From NCBI GenBank assembly GCA_045661325.1, contig JAZRFK010000093.1, positions 3,585 to 67,584 on the forward strand: a DNA stretch of 64,000 bases, in the 5' to 3' direction. Positions 11,027 to 21,451 of this stretch are shown one piece after another (position 1 is the stretch's first letter; each line of letters starts with the position of its first letter). Below the pieces are notes generated by a model. That model worked only from the letters and a program-made list of their open reading frames with translations, ran no database searches and had not been told where the DNA came from. This DNA comes from Eubacteriales bacterium (GTDB lineage: Bacteria; Bacillota; Clostridia; Oscillospirales; CAG-272). Made by a program: the position numbers and the translations under genes.

Positions 11027-12379
11027 TTATCGGTTACGCATGTAAATGCCGCCTGAGCTTGTCGAAACGTAACCGCATATTTCCATATTGATGAGTGCCG
11101 AAATCAAATCGGCGGCGGATAAATCATCTACCCGTATATCGTCGGGAAGGCTACCTTCACTTTCGATAGCCAAATAGATTTTTTGCTCCGTTTCCGACAT
11201 CTCTGTCCAGAATGACGGAGGCGAGTTTTCTGCCGAAGAGGAAGCGCCCTTGCTCTCTGCTTCGGCACTTTTCACTCTTCGCTTGCCCGCAATGCCTTCC
11301 TTTACGGTATGGACGGCCCGTTTGACCGCCGAAACAGCCCCTTGTGCCAAGGAGGAGAGAGAAAGATATTCCTCATCCTCGTTAGTAGGTCGGTAGGCAG
11401 ACGAAGGATTGCGCGCGTAAATACCGTATCTTGCCGTGAGAACGGAAAGCTCGGTTTTTCTTCCGTCCGTCAAATGAAAGCCATTCAGATACGGCAGATA
11501 TTTTTCCTTGTAGACATCATAAATATCGTCAGAGCAGGTGATGGGAGTCGCGCCGTTTTTCAAAAGCAAAAGCGGCCCTTCACTTCCCTTGTCCCTGACG
11601 TTACCGGGAACCGCAAAGACACGCTTGCCTTGACACTTGGCGTTTTCTGCCGTTATTAAGGCGCCGCTTTTGAGATCGCCCTCCACCACGATAACCGCCT
11701 CGGATATACCGCTGATAATGCGGTTGCGAGCAGGAAAATGGAAGGCGAGCGGCTTCTCATAGGGCGGATACTCGGTGATAACCAAGCCACCCATACGCAG
11801 AATTTCCGCATACAGCAGACGATGCTCGGGCGGATAAATACAGTCGATGCCCGATCCTAAAACGGCCACGGTCGTGCCACCTGACTCCAAGGTTGCAGCG
11901 GCGGCGACACCGTCAATGCCCAAGGCCATACCGCTGACGGTAACAGCGCCCATTTTGCCTAAATCAAAGGCGATTTCACAAGCGGTTTCCGCGCAGACGC
12001 GGCTCATCATTCTGGTGCCGACGATGGCGAAGAAGGGCAAGGTATTAAAATCGGGAAGCCGACCTCTGTAATAGAGAACCAAGGGCGGTGCATCAATCTT
12101 CCGCAAGGAGATGGGGTATTCCCCGTCCTCATAGGTTAAAACGCCAACGCCCTGCGCGTCACAGTAGTCAAGGTCACGCCGTATGGCGTCCATTCCCTTA
12201 TCACAAAGACGCGCCTTTTCTCTTTTGCTTAAAAACGGGCAGGATAAAATTTCCTCCTCACCTGCTTCGTACACCGCCTTGGCAGTTCCGAATTTTTCAA
12301 GTAAGGGAGACACAGTCTTGGACGGAATACCGAGCGCATTTGCCAACCACATACAGTAACGAGCCTTTTCGCCCAGCAT
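11027..12379 (-). CDS. dprA: DNA processing/protecting protein DprA (Smf), long form with C-terminal winged-helix extension
   Basis: 450 aa. Rossmann-like core with GMALGIDG ... GSGIDCIYPPEH ... FPARNRIISG. Position upstream of topA. Confidence 0.9.
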   Translation of the reverse strand: MLGEKARYCMWLANALGIPSKTVSPLLEKFGTAKAVYEAGEEEILSCPFLSKREKARLCDKGMDAIRRDLDYCDAQGVGVLTYEDGEYPISLRKIDAPPLVLYYRGRLPDFNTLPFFAIVGTRMMSRVCAETACEIAFDLGKMGAVTVSGMALGIDGVAAAATLESGGTTVAVLGSGIDCIYPPEHRLLYAEILRMGGLVITEYPPYEKPLAFHFPARNRIISGISEAVIVVEGDLKSGALITAENAKCQGKRVFAVPGNVRDKGSEGPLLLLKNGATPITCSDDIYDVYKEKYLPYLNGFHLTDGRKTELSVLTARYGIYARNPSSAYRPTNEDEEYLSLSSLAQGAVSAVKRAVHTVKEGIAGKRRVKSAEAESKGASSSAENSPPSFWTEMSETEQKIYLAIESEGSLPDDIRVDDLSAADLISALINMEICGYVSTSSGGIYMRNR

Positions 12380-12412
12380 TATCCTTCCTCCTTGTGTAAA
12401 TTTTCTCTGCCT

Positions 12413-13240
12413 TTATAAAAGAGCGCTTCTGTGCTGCTCCCAAAGCAGAATGGAAGCGGCCACGGAGGCGTTGAGTGATTCCGTTTTTTCCGAGATGGGA
12501 ATATAGACGCTGTCGGTACAAGCCTCAGAAACCGAGGGCCGTATTCCGTGCCCTTCGTTTCCAATAACGAAAACGTCAAAAAGCGTGGGCTTTGCCTTGA
12601 AAAGCGGCATAGCACCCGGGCGCAGCTCGGCGGCAAAAACGCGCCTTCCTGCCTCCCTTAAAACCGAAATGCTTCCCTCCAAGTCCTTCACGCGCAAAAA
12701 GCGAAGCTTGAAGATGCCCCCCATTGCGCCGCGCAGGGTTTTGGGATTCGTTAAATCGGCCGTATCGTCAGAGAGCAAAACGGTATGAATGGAGAAAGCG
12801 GTCGCGCTTCGAATCACAGCCCCAAGATTTCCGGGGTCACGCACCCCGTCCAAAATCAGAAGAGGCTCATCCTTTAAAATACTCTCCTTATTTATTTTAA
12901 TACAAGTTTGAAAAAAGTCAAGATCTTTTATGACGGTTATGATGCCTTGCGGCGCTTTTTCGGCAGAAACTTTTTCAAAGCAGGGGGTGGTTAGCACAAA
13001 AACGCCCATTTTTTCAAAGCGCTCTTTGCCAAGCCGTTCTTCCACGAGAGGCAAAAGAAAATCCTTCTTTTCCTCCCAAATGAAAACGTCCGTAATTTCT
13101 AAGCCGGAAAGAACCGCCTCCTCAAAAAGCTTCACGCCGTCAAGCGTGAAGGAGGAAAGCTTTTCTCTGTACTTTTTCTCTTGCAAGGAGGCACAGCGCA
13201 TGACCTGCGGATTGCTCCTTGAAGTAATAAAAGAAACCAT
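12413..13240 (-). CDS. TrmH/SpoU-family RNA 2'-O-methyltransferase
   Basis: SpoU motifs DGVRDPGNLGAIIR-like (DGVRDPGNLGAVIRS) and IGNEGHGI. I chose the ATG at 13240 (GGAG 8 nt upstream) rather than the longer ORF start at 13324. Confidence 0.85.
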   Translation of the reverse strand: MVSFITSRSNPQVMRCASLQEKKYREKLSSFTLDGVKLFEEAVLSGLEITDVFIWEEKKDFLLPLVEERLGKERFEKMGVFVLTTPCFEKVSAEKAPQGIITVIKDLDFFQTCIKINKESILKDEPLLILDGVRDPGNLGAVIRSATAFSIHTVLLSDDTADLTNPKTLRGAMGGIFKLRFLRVKDLEGSISVLREAGRRVFAAELRPGAMPLFKAKPTLFDVFVIGNEGHGIRPSVSEACTDSVYIPISEKTESLNASVAASILLWEQHRSALL

Positions 13241-13359
13241 TTTCGGCTCCTTTCTCGTCTCTTTTTCTTGAAAATTTGTCCTTACATTATTGAAAACGGG
13301 GCGTTGCGTAAAATTACGCAACACCCCACAGCCGATGACACATCGGCTCGTTATTCAAA

Positions 13360-13713
13360 TTAAAGAGCAGCCTTTGCGCGCTCTGCCAAGGAAGCAAATG
13401 CCTCTTTGTCGGAAACGGCGATCTCGGCAAGCATCTTTCTGTTCAGGTCAATGCCGGCCTTCTTCAAACCGTGCATCATGGTGGAATAGTTCATTCCGCA
13501 AACCTTTGCCTGTGCAGAAATACGGGCGATCCAGAGAGAACGGAACTCTCTCTTCTTCATCTTACGACCTGCGAAAGCATAGTTGCCGCTCTTCATGACG
13601 GCTTGCTTCGCCATCTTAAAGTGCTTGCTCTTTGCACCCCAGTATCCCTTTGCAGCCTTTAATACACTCTTTCTTCTCTTGCGCGTCATCATTGCGCCTT
13701 TTACTCTTGCCAT
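13360..13713 (-). CDS. rplT: 50S ribosomal protein L20
   Basis: 117 aa starting [26 protein letters not shown], the canonical L20 N-terminus. Part of the infC-rpmI-rplT operon order. Confidence 0.97.
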   Translation of the reverse strand: MARVKGAMMTRKRRKSVLKAAKGYWGAKSKHFKMAKQAVMKSGNYAFAGRKMKKREFRSLWIARISAQAKVCGMNYSTMMHGLKKAGIDLNRKMLAEIAVSDKEAFASLAERAKAAL

Positions 13714-13743
13714 TTTAATTCATCCTCCTCATTCTTCTCTCGC

Positions 13744-13938
13744 TTACTTAATGATAAGCGTTCTGTAAATCGGTGCCATTGCTTCACTCATGGTTGCGCC
13801 CTTGCGAAGATCTCTCTTGCGCTTGGGGGTCTTCAAGCCGAGGTTGTGGCGACGGCCGCAATGATTCATCTTAACTTTGCCGCTTGCGGTAAGGGAAAAT
13901 CTCTTTGCCGAAGCTTTATGCGTCTTAATTTTTGCCAT
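13744..13938 (-). CDS. rpmI: 50S ribosomal protein L35
   Basis: 64 aa starting MAKIKTHKASAKRF. Lies between infC and rplT. Confidence 0.97.
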   Translation of the reverse strand: MAKIKTHKASAKRFSLTASGKVKMNHCGRRHNLGLKTPKRKRDLRKGATMSEAMAPIYRTLIIK

Positions 13939-13980
13939 TTTTGTACTCTCCTTTTTATTGTGGGCGGATAAATCCGCTAA

Positions 13981-14517
13981 TTAACCGTTGTTTTTGACAG
14001 GGGCATTTTTAATGGGCGTCAGCACGATGGACATATAGCGTCCCTCGGTTACGGCACCCTTTTCAGCAACACCGTACTCGGCGCAGGCCTCTTGGAACTT
14101 CTGAATGACCTCACGGCCAAGCTCCATATGCGTCATTTCTCTTCCGCGGAAGCGAACGACCGCCTTTACCTTATCACCGTCGCTCAAAAAGCGCTTTGCG
14201 TGATTGACACGAGTCTCAAAATCATGAACATCAATACGACAAGAAAGCTGTACTTCCTTCAGCTTGGAGACCTGCTGCTTCTTGCGGGCTTCCTTTTCCT
14301 TCTTGTCTCTTTCAAAACGAAACTTTCCGTAATCCATTGCGCGACATACGGGAGGCGTTGCGTTGGCCGCCATCAGCACCAAATCCAAATCTCTGGAATA
14401 GGCGTAATCCTTTGCTTCAGCCAAGGGCATAATGCCAAGCTGCTCGCCATCAGGGCCGACAAGACGAACCTCTTTCGCTTTAATTTCGTCGTTAATTAAT
14501 TGTTCCTTCGTGCTAAT
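13981..14517 (-). CDS. infC: Translation initiation factor IF-3, predicted ATT start
   Basis: The conserved IF-3 sequence begins at ISTKEQLINDEIKAKEVRLVGPDGEQLG. An ATT codon at 14515-14517 lies 7 nt downstream of GGAGGTG (14525-14531). The longer 249-aa ORF has a non-IF3-like N-terminus. Confidence 0.9.
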   Translation of the reverse strand: MSTKEQLINDEIKAKEVRLVGPDGEQLGIMPLAEAKDYAYSRDLDLVLMAANATPPVCRAMDYGKFRFERDKKEKEARKKQQVSKLKEVQLSCRIDVHDFETRVNHAKRFLSDGDKVKAVVRFRGREMTHMELGREVIQKFQEACAEYGVAEKGAVTEGRYMSIVLTPIKNAPVKNNG

Positions 14518-14531
14518 CGTTATGCACCTCC

Positions 14532-14672
14532 AAAAATGAAATAAAAAATACACGCAGAGTCTACCCGCGTGCATCCATTCTTCGCCTAAGGAAAAATATG
14601 GTGACCGTACGCGCTTACTCGCGGCACGGTGAGTGCGGTTAGCAACTGCTTTGATGAGATTGCTCTCATGTA
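14532..14672 (-). promoter_or_regulatory. infC-rpmI-rplT leader, probable L20-responsive leader with intrinsic attenuator (hairpin 14551-14571 plus U-run)
   Basis: A ~140-nt untranslated leader lies between the predicted promoter and the infC SD. It contains CACGCGGGTAGACTCTGCGTG followed by UAUUUUUUAU on the minus strand. The L20-leader assignment rests on position and analogy, not on a model score. Confidence 0.45.
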
Positions 14673-14679
14673 CTTTGCA

Positions 14680-14708
14680 AGTATAACACAGTTTTTTTGT
14701 TTTGTCAA
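14680..14708 (-). promoter_or_regulatory. Sigma-A-type promoter of the infC operon (TTGACA-17-TATACT, TGn-extended)
   Basis: The minus strand reads TTGACA (14708-14703), a 17-nt spacer ending TGT, then TATACT (14685-14680). Confidence 0.5.
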
Positions 14709-14940
14709 GTGTTTTTTTCCTCTTTTTCATTTCTTTTTATATTTTTCCTGTTTTCTGCATTTTTGCGTGCGTTCTTGCCGAAAAATCGAAAAAAATGCGA
14801 ACTTTTTTCAAAATTTTTATACTTTTTTATATTTTAGTATAGCAATTTACTGAAATATGTGATAGAATGGAGTGAAAATGGGTTTTTGTTGCCTCGCGAC
14901 AAGAACTACTGATAAAATGAAACGCTAAAGGAACTGAAAA

Positions 14941-17343
14941 ATGCCAAAAACCATTGAAGAAGCAAAGGAAATATATTTACCCGTCATCCCCGTGCGGGGA
15001 ACGGTCGCCTTCCCGGGCGTTCAAATCAGCCTTGAGCTGATGCGCGACTTCTCTGTTAACGCTTTCGCGGCCGCCAATAAATACAGCGGCAGGGTTTGCC
15101 TTCTGACACAGAAGGACCCCGAAATTGATATTCCCACCGAAAAGGATTTTTATCACGTGGGAACCGTTTGCCAGATAAAGCGCGTCAATCGCGCCGAAAA
15201 CGGCAATCTGAACGCCGTTTTTGAGGGCTTCTGCCGCGCCAAAATCTCCGAAATCAAGAAGGACGAGAACGGCTTTCACGCCACCGTTATCTGCAAATCC
15301 ATTCATTCGGAGGAAGAGGCTGACATTGTCACGGAGGAGAAAATCAACGCCGTCATTGAGACGGTGGAAAGAATGAAGAACATTCATCCGCTTTTGACGG
15401 ATGAGATTCTTCGCGCCGCCCGCGGCATCAAGACCCCCGGTCTTTTCTGCGATTTTATCGCCTCCGCTTCCCTTTTGAACTACAAAAACAAGCAACGCAT
15501 CCTTGAAATTTTCCATCCCATTCTGCGCTTGGACAGACTCTCCGCTCTCGTGGAGGAGGAAACCGAGCTTCTTTTGACGGAGTACGCCATTCACTCGCAG
15601 GTGAAGGAGCGGATTGACGAGCATCAGAGAGAATATTTCCTCCGTGAGCAGATGAAGGTCATCCAGGAAGAGCTGGGAGACAACGACAACGAATTTGACG
15701 AATACAAAAGAAAAATTGACGAGCTTTGTGCCTCCGATGAAGTGAAGACCAAGCTTTATAAGGAGCTTTCCCGTTTAGAGAAGGTTCCCTTCGGCTCTGC
15801 TGAGGGCTCTGTCATTCGCTCGTATCTCGACGTCTGTCTTGACGTTCCGTGGGGCAAGGTGACGGAGGCAATTCCTGACGTCAAAAGTGCCGAAAAAATC
15901 CTGGAGGCCGACCACTACGGACTTGACAAAATCAAAGAGCGCATTCTGGAGATGGTTGCCGTCAAGCAGCTTTGCCCTGACGTGAAAAACCAAATCATTT
16001 GCCTCGTTGGCCCTCCCGGCGTTGGAAAAACCTCTGTCGCGGCCTCGGTTGCCCGCGCCTTGAAGCGCAAATACGCGCGCATTTCTCTTGGCGGCGTGCA
16101 CGATGAGGCTGACATTCGCGGCCATCGCAAGACGTATGTGGGCGCGATGCCCGGTCGTATCGTGGAGGCTATCACGAGCGCCGAGGTTATCAATCCCGTT
16201 ATCGTTTTAGACGAAATCGATAAGCTCGGAAAGAGCTTGCACGGCGACCCCTCCTCTGCACTTTTGGAGGTTTTGGATCCCGAGCAGAACCGCTATTTCC
16301 GCGATCACTTTTTGGAGCTTCCTCTTGATTTGTCCGACTGCCTGTTTATCGCAACGGCCAACACCTATGAGGGCATTCCCGAGCCCTTGCTCGACCGAAT
16401 GGAGATTATGGAGCTTTCCGCCTACACGGCCAACGAAAAGCACGCCATTGCCAAAAAGCATTTGATCCCCAAGCAATTAAAGCGCTACGGTATGAAGCGC
16501 TCGACCATTCGCTTTACAGATGCCGCCATCACGGAGCTGATTGCCTTCTATACGCGCGAGGCGGGTGTTCGTAACCTTGAAAGAGAAATCTCCTCTCTTT
16601 GTCGCAAGGGCGCCAAGAAAATGATTGACGAGGCGTGCTCTCGCGTTGTTATCACCCCCAAGCTCATCAACGAAATGCTCGGCAAACGGCGCTTTGTTGA
16701 GGAAAAGCTTGAAAAAACCAATCCCGTGGGTATTGTAAACGGACTTGCCTATACGCGCGTTGGCGGTGACTTGTTGAAGGTTGAGGTCAACGTAATGTCG
16801 GGCAGCGGCAAGCTGGAGCTGACGGGTCGACTTGGCGAGGTTATGCAGGAATCTGCTAAAATTGCCCTGAGCTATATCCGTGTCAGAGCCAAGGCCTTCG
16901 GTATTGACGAGGACTTTTACGAGACCAAGGACATTCATATTCACTTCCCCGAGGGTGCCATTCCCAAGGACGGCCCCAGCGCGGGTGTTGCCATGACCTG
17001 CGCGCTTGCCAGCGCATTATCGGGCGCGCCCACAAGACGCGACGTTGCCATGACGGGCGAAATCACCCTGCGCGGCAAGGTGCTTCCCATTGGCGGCTTG
17101 AAGGAAAAGACAATGGCCGCTTACACGGCGGGCATTCGCGCAGTGCTCATTCCGCGCGAAAACGAAAAGGATTTGGCAGACATTGACCGCGAAGCACGCG
17201 AGGGCTTGGAATTTATCCTTTGCGACACCGTGGATGACGCATTCCGTGCCGTTTTACTTGACTCCTCAAGTGCAGAAGAAAGGGCCTTTTCCCTCCCTGC
17301 GATTTCCAACTACGACCGCTGCGATATGAACAGCGTTACCTAA
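14941..17343 (+). CDS. lon: ATP-dependent Lon protease (LonA)
   Basis: 800 aa. LON N-domain, AAA+ Walker [10 protein letters not shown], Walker B VLDEIDK, and protease Ser motif KDGPSAG. Confidence 0.97.
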   Translation: MPKTIEEAKEIYLPVIPVRGTVAFPGVQISLELMRDFSVNAFAAANKYSGRVCLLTQKDPEIDIPTEKDFYHVGTVCQIKRVNRAENGNLNAVFEGFCRAKISEIKKDENGFHATVICKSIHSEEEADIVTEEKINAVIETVERMKNIHPLLTDEILRAARGIKTPGLFCDFIASASLLNYKNKQRILEIFHPILRLDRLSALVEEETELLLTEYAIHSQVKERIDEHQREYFLREQMKVIQEELGDNDNEFDEYKRKIDELCASDEVKTKLYKELSRLEKVPFGSAEGSVIRSYLDVCLDVPWGKVTEAIPDVKSAEKILEADHYGLDKIKERILEMVAVKQLCPDVKNQIICLVGPPGVGKTSVAASVARALKRKYARISLGGVHDEADIRGHRKTYVGAMPGRIVEAITSAEVINPVIVLDEIDKLGKSLHGDPSSALLEVLDPEQNRYFRDHFLELPLDLSDCLFIATANTYEGIPEPLLDRMEIMELSAYTANEKHAIAKKHLIPKQLKRYGMKRSTIRFTDAAITELIAFYTREAGVRNLEREISSLCRKGAKKMIDEACSRVVITPKLINEMLGKRRFVEEKLEKTNPVGIVNGLAYTRVGGDLLKVEVNVMSGSGKLELTGRLGEVMQESAKIALSYIRVRAKAFGIDEDFYETKDIHIHFPEGAIPKDGPSAGVAMTCALASALSGAPTRRDVAMTGEITLRGKVLPIGGLKEKTMAAYTAGIRAVLIPRENEKDLADIDREAREGLEFILCDTVDDAFRAVLLDSSSAEERAFSLPAISNYDRCDMNSVT

Positions 17344-17365
17344 TGAACGAAGAAAGAGATAAGCT

Positions 17366-17971
17366 ATGAAAACCAACTTATCCAACGTCAGCTTAAAGCT
17401 TTCCGTCGGAAGAGCCAACCAATTCCCAAGAGATGCGCGCGTGCAGATTGCCGTTTCAGGAAAATCGAACGTCGGCAAAAGCTCTCTTATCAACACCGTT
17501 TTGGGACGCAAGGCGGTAGCAAGAGTGTCCTCTGCCCCCGGAAAAACCGTTACGGTTAATTTCTACGACGTGGACGGTAAATTTTACCTCGTTGACCTGC
17601 CCGGTTACGGCTACGCCAAGCGCTCTGTTGAGACGAAAAGCGCTTTTTCGCAGTTAACCAACGATTATTTCGTCAACAATCCCGCAAAGAATCAACCTCG
17701 TTTATCCTTACAGCTCTTTGACATTCGCACAGGCCCCTCCGAAGATGACGTTATGATGATTAACTTTTTAATTGAAATGGAGCTTCCCTTTGCTGTCATT
17801 GCCACCAAGGCAGACAAGCTGAGCAAAACGGCGCTCGCCGAGCGGCTTTTGGAGCTTCACGAGGGCCTTTTTGCCAATACGGGCATCACCGTTATCCCCT
17901 TTTCCTCCGTTTCGGGTATGGGAAAGGAGGAGGTGCGCTCCCTGCTGTATCAGGCACTTTCAAGCAAATAA
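17366..17971 (+). CDS. engB: Ribosome biogenesis GTP-binding protein EngB/YsxC
   Basis: 201 aa. G1 GKSNVGKSSLIN, DLPGYG and ATKADK motifs. Canonical position after lon. Confidence 0.93.
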   Translation: MKTNLSNVSLKLSVGRANQFPRDARVQIAVSGKSNVGKSSLINTVLGRKAVARVSSAPGKTVTVNFYDVDGKFYLVDLPGYGYAKRSVETKSAFSQLTNDYFVNNPAKNQPRLSLQLFDIRTGPSEDDVMMINFLIEMELPFAVIATKADKLSKTALAERLLELHEGLFANTGITVIPFSSVSGMGKEEVRSLLYQALSSK

Positions 17972-17998
17972 AAAGGTTTTATAAAAAGAGGTTTTCAC

Positions 17999-18667
17999 AT
18001 GAGCTGGCTTTCGGAAATCCTGTTAACCCTACCTGCCGTTCTTTTGGCACTGATGGCACACGAGCTTTCACACGGCTTTATGGCCTACAAGCTTGGTGAC
18101 CCCACCGCCAAAATGATGGGGCGTTTGTCTCTCAATCCCTTGAAGCATTTAGACCCCATCGGCGCCGTTTGTATGGTTTTATTTCATTTCGGTTGGGCCA
18201 AGCCCGTTCCTATTAACGCGCGCTACTTCCGCAATCCCAAGCGTGATACGGCGCTGACGGCACTGGCCGGGCCAATAGCCAACCTTTGCCTTGCCTTTTT
18301 AGCCGTTCCCTGCTATCTTGGCCTTTGGAATCTGTATTACTCTCTTGCCGTAATTCCGGGCACAAGCGCATTTCTTTTAACCGTTATTGAGTATTTCTTC
18401 TATTTCTTTATTTTGCTGCATCAGGTCAACGTCGGGCTTGCGCTTTTCAACCTTATTCCTATTCCGCCGCTTGACGGTTCGCGCGTGCTCCTATCCTTTC
18501 TCCCAACGCGCTATTATTTCTCTTTTATGCGCTATGAAAGGATGATTGCCTTGGCATTGATGATTTTTCTTTTGCTTGGCAACCGCTTTGGCTTTTTATC
18601 CACCTTCGCCTCCTACTTCACCGTTGGGATGGAGGCCATTTGGCAGCTTATCCCCATTTTTCGTTAA
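17999..18667 (+). CDS. Site-2 protease family (M50) membrane zinc metalloprotease
   Basis: 222 aa and polytopic. HELSHG (HExxH) in TM1 and a later LIPIPPLDG motif. Confidence 0.85.
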   Translation: MSWLSEILLTLPAVLLALMAHELSHGFMAYKLGDPTAKMMGRLSLNPLKHLDPIGAVCMVLFHFGWAKPVPINARYFRNPKRDTALTALAGPIANLCLAFLAVPCYLGLWNLYYSLAVIPGTSAFLLTVIEYFFYFFILLHQVNVGLALFNLIPIPPLDGSRVLLSFLPTRYYFSFMRYERMIALALMIFLLLGNRFGFLSTFASYFTVGMEAIWQLIPIFR

Positions 18668-18684
18668 TGAAAGGACGTTAAACC

Positions 18685-19476
18685 TTGGCAGACGAGATTA
18701 TCACCTACCGAATCAACGATTTTGAAGGCCCGCTCGACCTTTTGCTGACGTTGATTGAAAAAAACAAAATGGATATCACCGACATTCAGATATCCAGCAT
18801 TTTCGACCAGTATATGCAATATATCGAGGATGCGCGGCGCTTGGATTTAGGCATTGCCTGCGAATTTATCGTAATGGCAAGCACCTTGATGCTGATTAAG
18901 AGCAAAATGCTCCTTCCGCGCGATCCCGAACGCGATGAGGACCCCAGAAAAGAGCTGGCAGATGCCCTTTTGATATACCAGAAGGCCAAGGCGGATGCCG
19001 AGGAGCTTCGCCCCTTGTACGCCGAATTTTCAGGGCGACTTGCCAAGGACAACGATGAAATTCCGCCCGAAAAGGGCTTTCCTCTCGGCTTATCCCCCGC
19101 CCTGCTTTCCAAGGCGTTCTACACCATGCTCAACCGCTTGAAGCAGTCGGAGCTTGCGCCGACCGAAATGATAAACCCCTTAATCAAGCGGCGCATCGTT
19201 TCGGTAGAAGAAACCATCGAGACGGTGCTGCGAAAGCTGCAAAATGACAAAGAGGTGTCCTTCTTCTACCTAACCGCAGATGCCGAGGACAAAACGGAAT
19301 TAATTGCCACCTTTATGGGTATACTCGAGCTGATTAAGATACGCCGTATCCTTATCTGCTCTGACGAAAACGAAGAGTTTTCCATTACCACGAAATTTTG
19401 CTTGAACGAGGATTACGTCCCCGAGGATACCGAAGGGGCTGAGCTTACCACAACGAAGGAGACTGTCACCCAATGA
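18685..19476 (+). CDS. scpA: Segregation and condensation protein A (kleisin)
   Basis: 263 aa with a TTG start. FEGPLDLLLTLIEKNKMDI is the characteristic ScpA N-terminus. Overlaps scpB by 4 bp. Confidence 0.92.
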   Translation: MADEIITYRINDFEGPLDLLLTLIEKNKMDITDIQISSIFDQYMQYIEDARRLDLGIACEFIVMASTLMLIKSKMLLPRDPERDEDPRKELADALLIYQKAKADAEELRPLYAEFSGRLAKDNDEIPPEKGFPLGLSPALLSKAFYTMLNRLKQSELAPTEMINPLIKRRIVSVEETIETVLRKLQNDKEVSFFYLTADAEDKTELIATFMGILELIKIRRILICSDENEEFSITTKFCLNEDYVPEDTEGAELTTTKETVTQ

Positions 19477-20183
19477 ACGAGAACGAAACCCTTTTTGAAA
19501 CAGAAGCGCCGCAGGCGCAGGAGTCCACGCTTCCCAGAACGGACGATGCTGCCGAAAATTTTGAGGCGATTTTGGAGGCCGTGCTTTTTGCCGCAGGACA
19601 TCCCGTTTCCTATATGCAGCTTTCCTCCTTGTTTGGAATGGCGCCCGCCTATATTTCCGAGCGCGTGCATCAGTACGCCGATGAATATAATGCGGCTCTT
19701 GAAAACCGCGGCATTCTGATGCTCGCCTTTGACGATGCCTGCCAGCTTTGCACGAAAGAGCAATTTCTCCCTTACATCCGAGAGGCGCTCGGCATCCGCA
19801 GAAGCGGCACGCTTTCCAATTCCTCCATTGAGGTTTTGGCGGTGATAGCCTACAACCAACCCGTTACCCGTGCTTACATAGACGCCGTACGCGGTGTTGA
19901 CAGCGCATACGCCGTCTCTTCCCTGCTTGAACGCGGCCTTATCCATTCTATCGGCCGTTTGGACGCTCCCGGTCGCCCTATGCTGTACGGCACGACGGAC
20001 GATTTTCTGCGTTGCTTCGGCCTTTCGTCCTTGACGGAGCTTCCCGGCGTTTCTACGGCCGAGGCGGACGAGCTTTTTGAGCGCTTGAAGAAAAAGGTAA
20101 ACGCCTTTGATGCAGTTGCCGAAAACCAGATTTCCATTATGGACGTGATGGACGAGGATGCAAAGGATAAGCCCCAAGAATAA
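19473..20183 (+). CDS. scpB: Segregation and condensation protein B
   Basis: 236 aa. ILEAVLFAAGHPVS and LAVIAYNQPVTRAYIDAVRGV motifs typical of ScpB. Confidence 0.92.
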   Translation: MNENETLFETEAPQAQESTLPRTDDAAENFEAILEAVLFAAGHPVSYMQLSSLFGMAPAYISERVHQYADEYNAALENRGILMLAFDDACQLCTKEQFLPYIREALGIRRSGTLSNSSIEVLAVIAYNQPVTRAYIDAVRGVDSAYAVSSLLERGLIHSIGRLDAPGRPMLYGTTDDFLRCFGLSSLTELPGVSTAEADELFERLKKKVNAFDAVAENQISIMDVMDEDAKDKPQE

Positions 20184-20218
20184 AAAAACAAAAATGAGAA
20201 GCAGAAAGGAGAACACGA

Positions 20219-20836
20219 ATGCCGACCTGGTTATATATTCTTTTGGCGATTCTCCTTCTTCTTGTCTTTTTGCTGTCCTTCCCCTTTTTTTGTCGCATTA
20301 CCTACAAGGAAACGCTGACGGTACATTTGGAGGTTTTATTTTTCCGCATCCGTCTTTATCCCCAAAGGCCTAAAAAACGGCCTTCGGCAACCAAAAAGCA
20401 AAAAAAGGAAAAGAAGAAGAAAAGCGCAGGACAAAAAGCGCCTCTTCCTTCTGATTCACCTTTGCAGCAGCTCAGCGTTCTTTTGTCCATTTTGAAGGAT
20501 AATTTTCCCCGACTTCTCTCGGTTGCCACTTTGCGCTTAAAGCGATTGCATATGACGGTGGCCTCCGAGGATGCGGCCAAAACGGCCATTTTATACGGCG
20601 AAACCGCATTGGCACTATCGGCCTTTTTAGAGCTTTTGCGAGGCTTTTGCAAATTCAGAGAGGACAAGGGTGCCGTTTCCTTAAAGCCCGACTTTTTAGG
20701 AAGCAAGTCCTCCTTTGACGCCGTTTTGCTTTTGTCCACTAACGTTTTCAGAGTTGCCTCCCTTGGTCTTCGCTTATGCTTCGGCTTTTTAAAGAAGAAG
20801 CAAGCGCGGAAAGCAAGCACGGCGTCTACAAACTAA
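20219..20836 (+). CDS. DUF2953-like sporulation membrane protein (YtfI-like)
   Basis: 205 aa with an N-terminal TM segment and a Lys-rich linker. It sits immediately upstream of the ytfJ homologue, as in Bacillus ytfI-ytfJ. Assignment is mainly by context. Confidence 0.55.
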   Translation: MPTWLYILLAILLLLVFLLSFPFFCRITYKETLTVHLEVLFFRIRLYPQRPKKRPSATKKQKKEKKKKSAGQKAPLPSDSPLQQLSVLLSILKDNFPRLLSVATLRLKRLHMTVASEDAAKTAILYGETALALSAFLELLRGFCKFREDKGAVSLKPDFLGSKSSFDAVLLLSTNVFRVASLGLRLCFGFLKKKQARKASTASTN

Positions 20837-20877
20837 CGAACACCGATAAAAACCATTCCGAAAGGAGAAAATATACT

Positions 20878-21318
20878 ATGGCAGAAAACAAACTGAACGA
20901 GATGATAGGTGAATCCTTGGAAAAGGTGAAGGAGCTTGCAGGAACCGAGACGGTTATCGGCGAGCCTATCTACACCCAAAACGGAACTGTCATCATTCCC
21001 GTTTCCAAGGTTTCAATGGGATTTGCAACGGGCAGCTTTGATTACGACACGACCGCAAACGAAAATCCGAAAAAGAAAACGCGCTTCGGCGGCGGCGGCG
21101 GTACGGGCGTAACGGTGACACCTATTGCCTTTTTGGTTATCACCGCTGACGGAAAAATTGAGCTTGTTCCCATCACTACCGCGCAAAACGCGGATTCCAT
21201 TGACAAGATTTCCGCGCTTATCGAGCGCTCCCCTGACATTTTGCAGCGCTTGAAGGAGGTTCTCTTCTCCAAGAAGAAGAAAAACGCCGAGCCGCAAGAG
21301 GAAGCCTCTGCCGAATAA
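20878..21318 (+). CDS. ytfJ: Sporulation protein YtfJ (GerW family)
   Basis: ATG at 20878 follows AAAGGAGA. The sequence ETVIGEPIYTQNGTVIIPVSKVSMGFATG ... FGGGGGTGVTVTPIAFLVI is typical of YtfJ/GerW. Confidence 0.85.
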   Translation: MAENKLNEMIGESLEKVKELAGTETVIGEPIYTQNGTVIIPVSKVSMGFATGSFDYDTTANENPKKKTRFGGGGGTGVTVTPIAFLVITADGKIELVPITTAQNADSIDKISALIERSPDILQRLKEVLFSKKKKNAEPQEEASAE

Positions 21319-21451
21319 ATTTCCCTTTCTTTTTGCTTTTTTCCAATCATAAATCCAAACAAGAGCTTTATGCCAAATCTGCCTTTTTTTAAAGCGGATA
21401 GGCATTCGTCTTTCGCATATATTAACTGTGAATACAAAAAAGGCGGTTGAT

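Noticed and set aside
9581-11056. 491-aa + strand ORF
   Set aside because: Antisense to topA, which has unambiguous topoisomerase motifs. There is no RBS or family resemblance.
13981-14730. Long 249-aa version of the infC ORF
   Set aside because: The N-terminal 70 aa are not IF-3-like and run through the predicted leader and terminator. The ATT start with a good SD fits IF-3 biology.
14629-14853. 74-aa + strand ORF in the infC-lon intergenic region
   Set aside because: It is AT-rich promoter and leader DNA. The translation is Phe/Cys-rich with no RBS.
14830-14940. CIRCE/CtsR heat-shock operator upstream of lon
   Set aside because: No TTAGCACTC-N9-GAGTGCTAA inverted repeat or CtsR direct repeat is visible. 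Only a plausible TGnTAGAAT -10 element is present.
20380-20440. Lys-rich AAAAAG/GAAAAG low-complexity stretch as a repeat element
   Set aside because: It encodes the KKQKKEKKKKS linker of the DUF2953-like protein and has no independent repeat structure.
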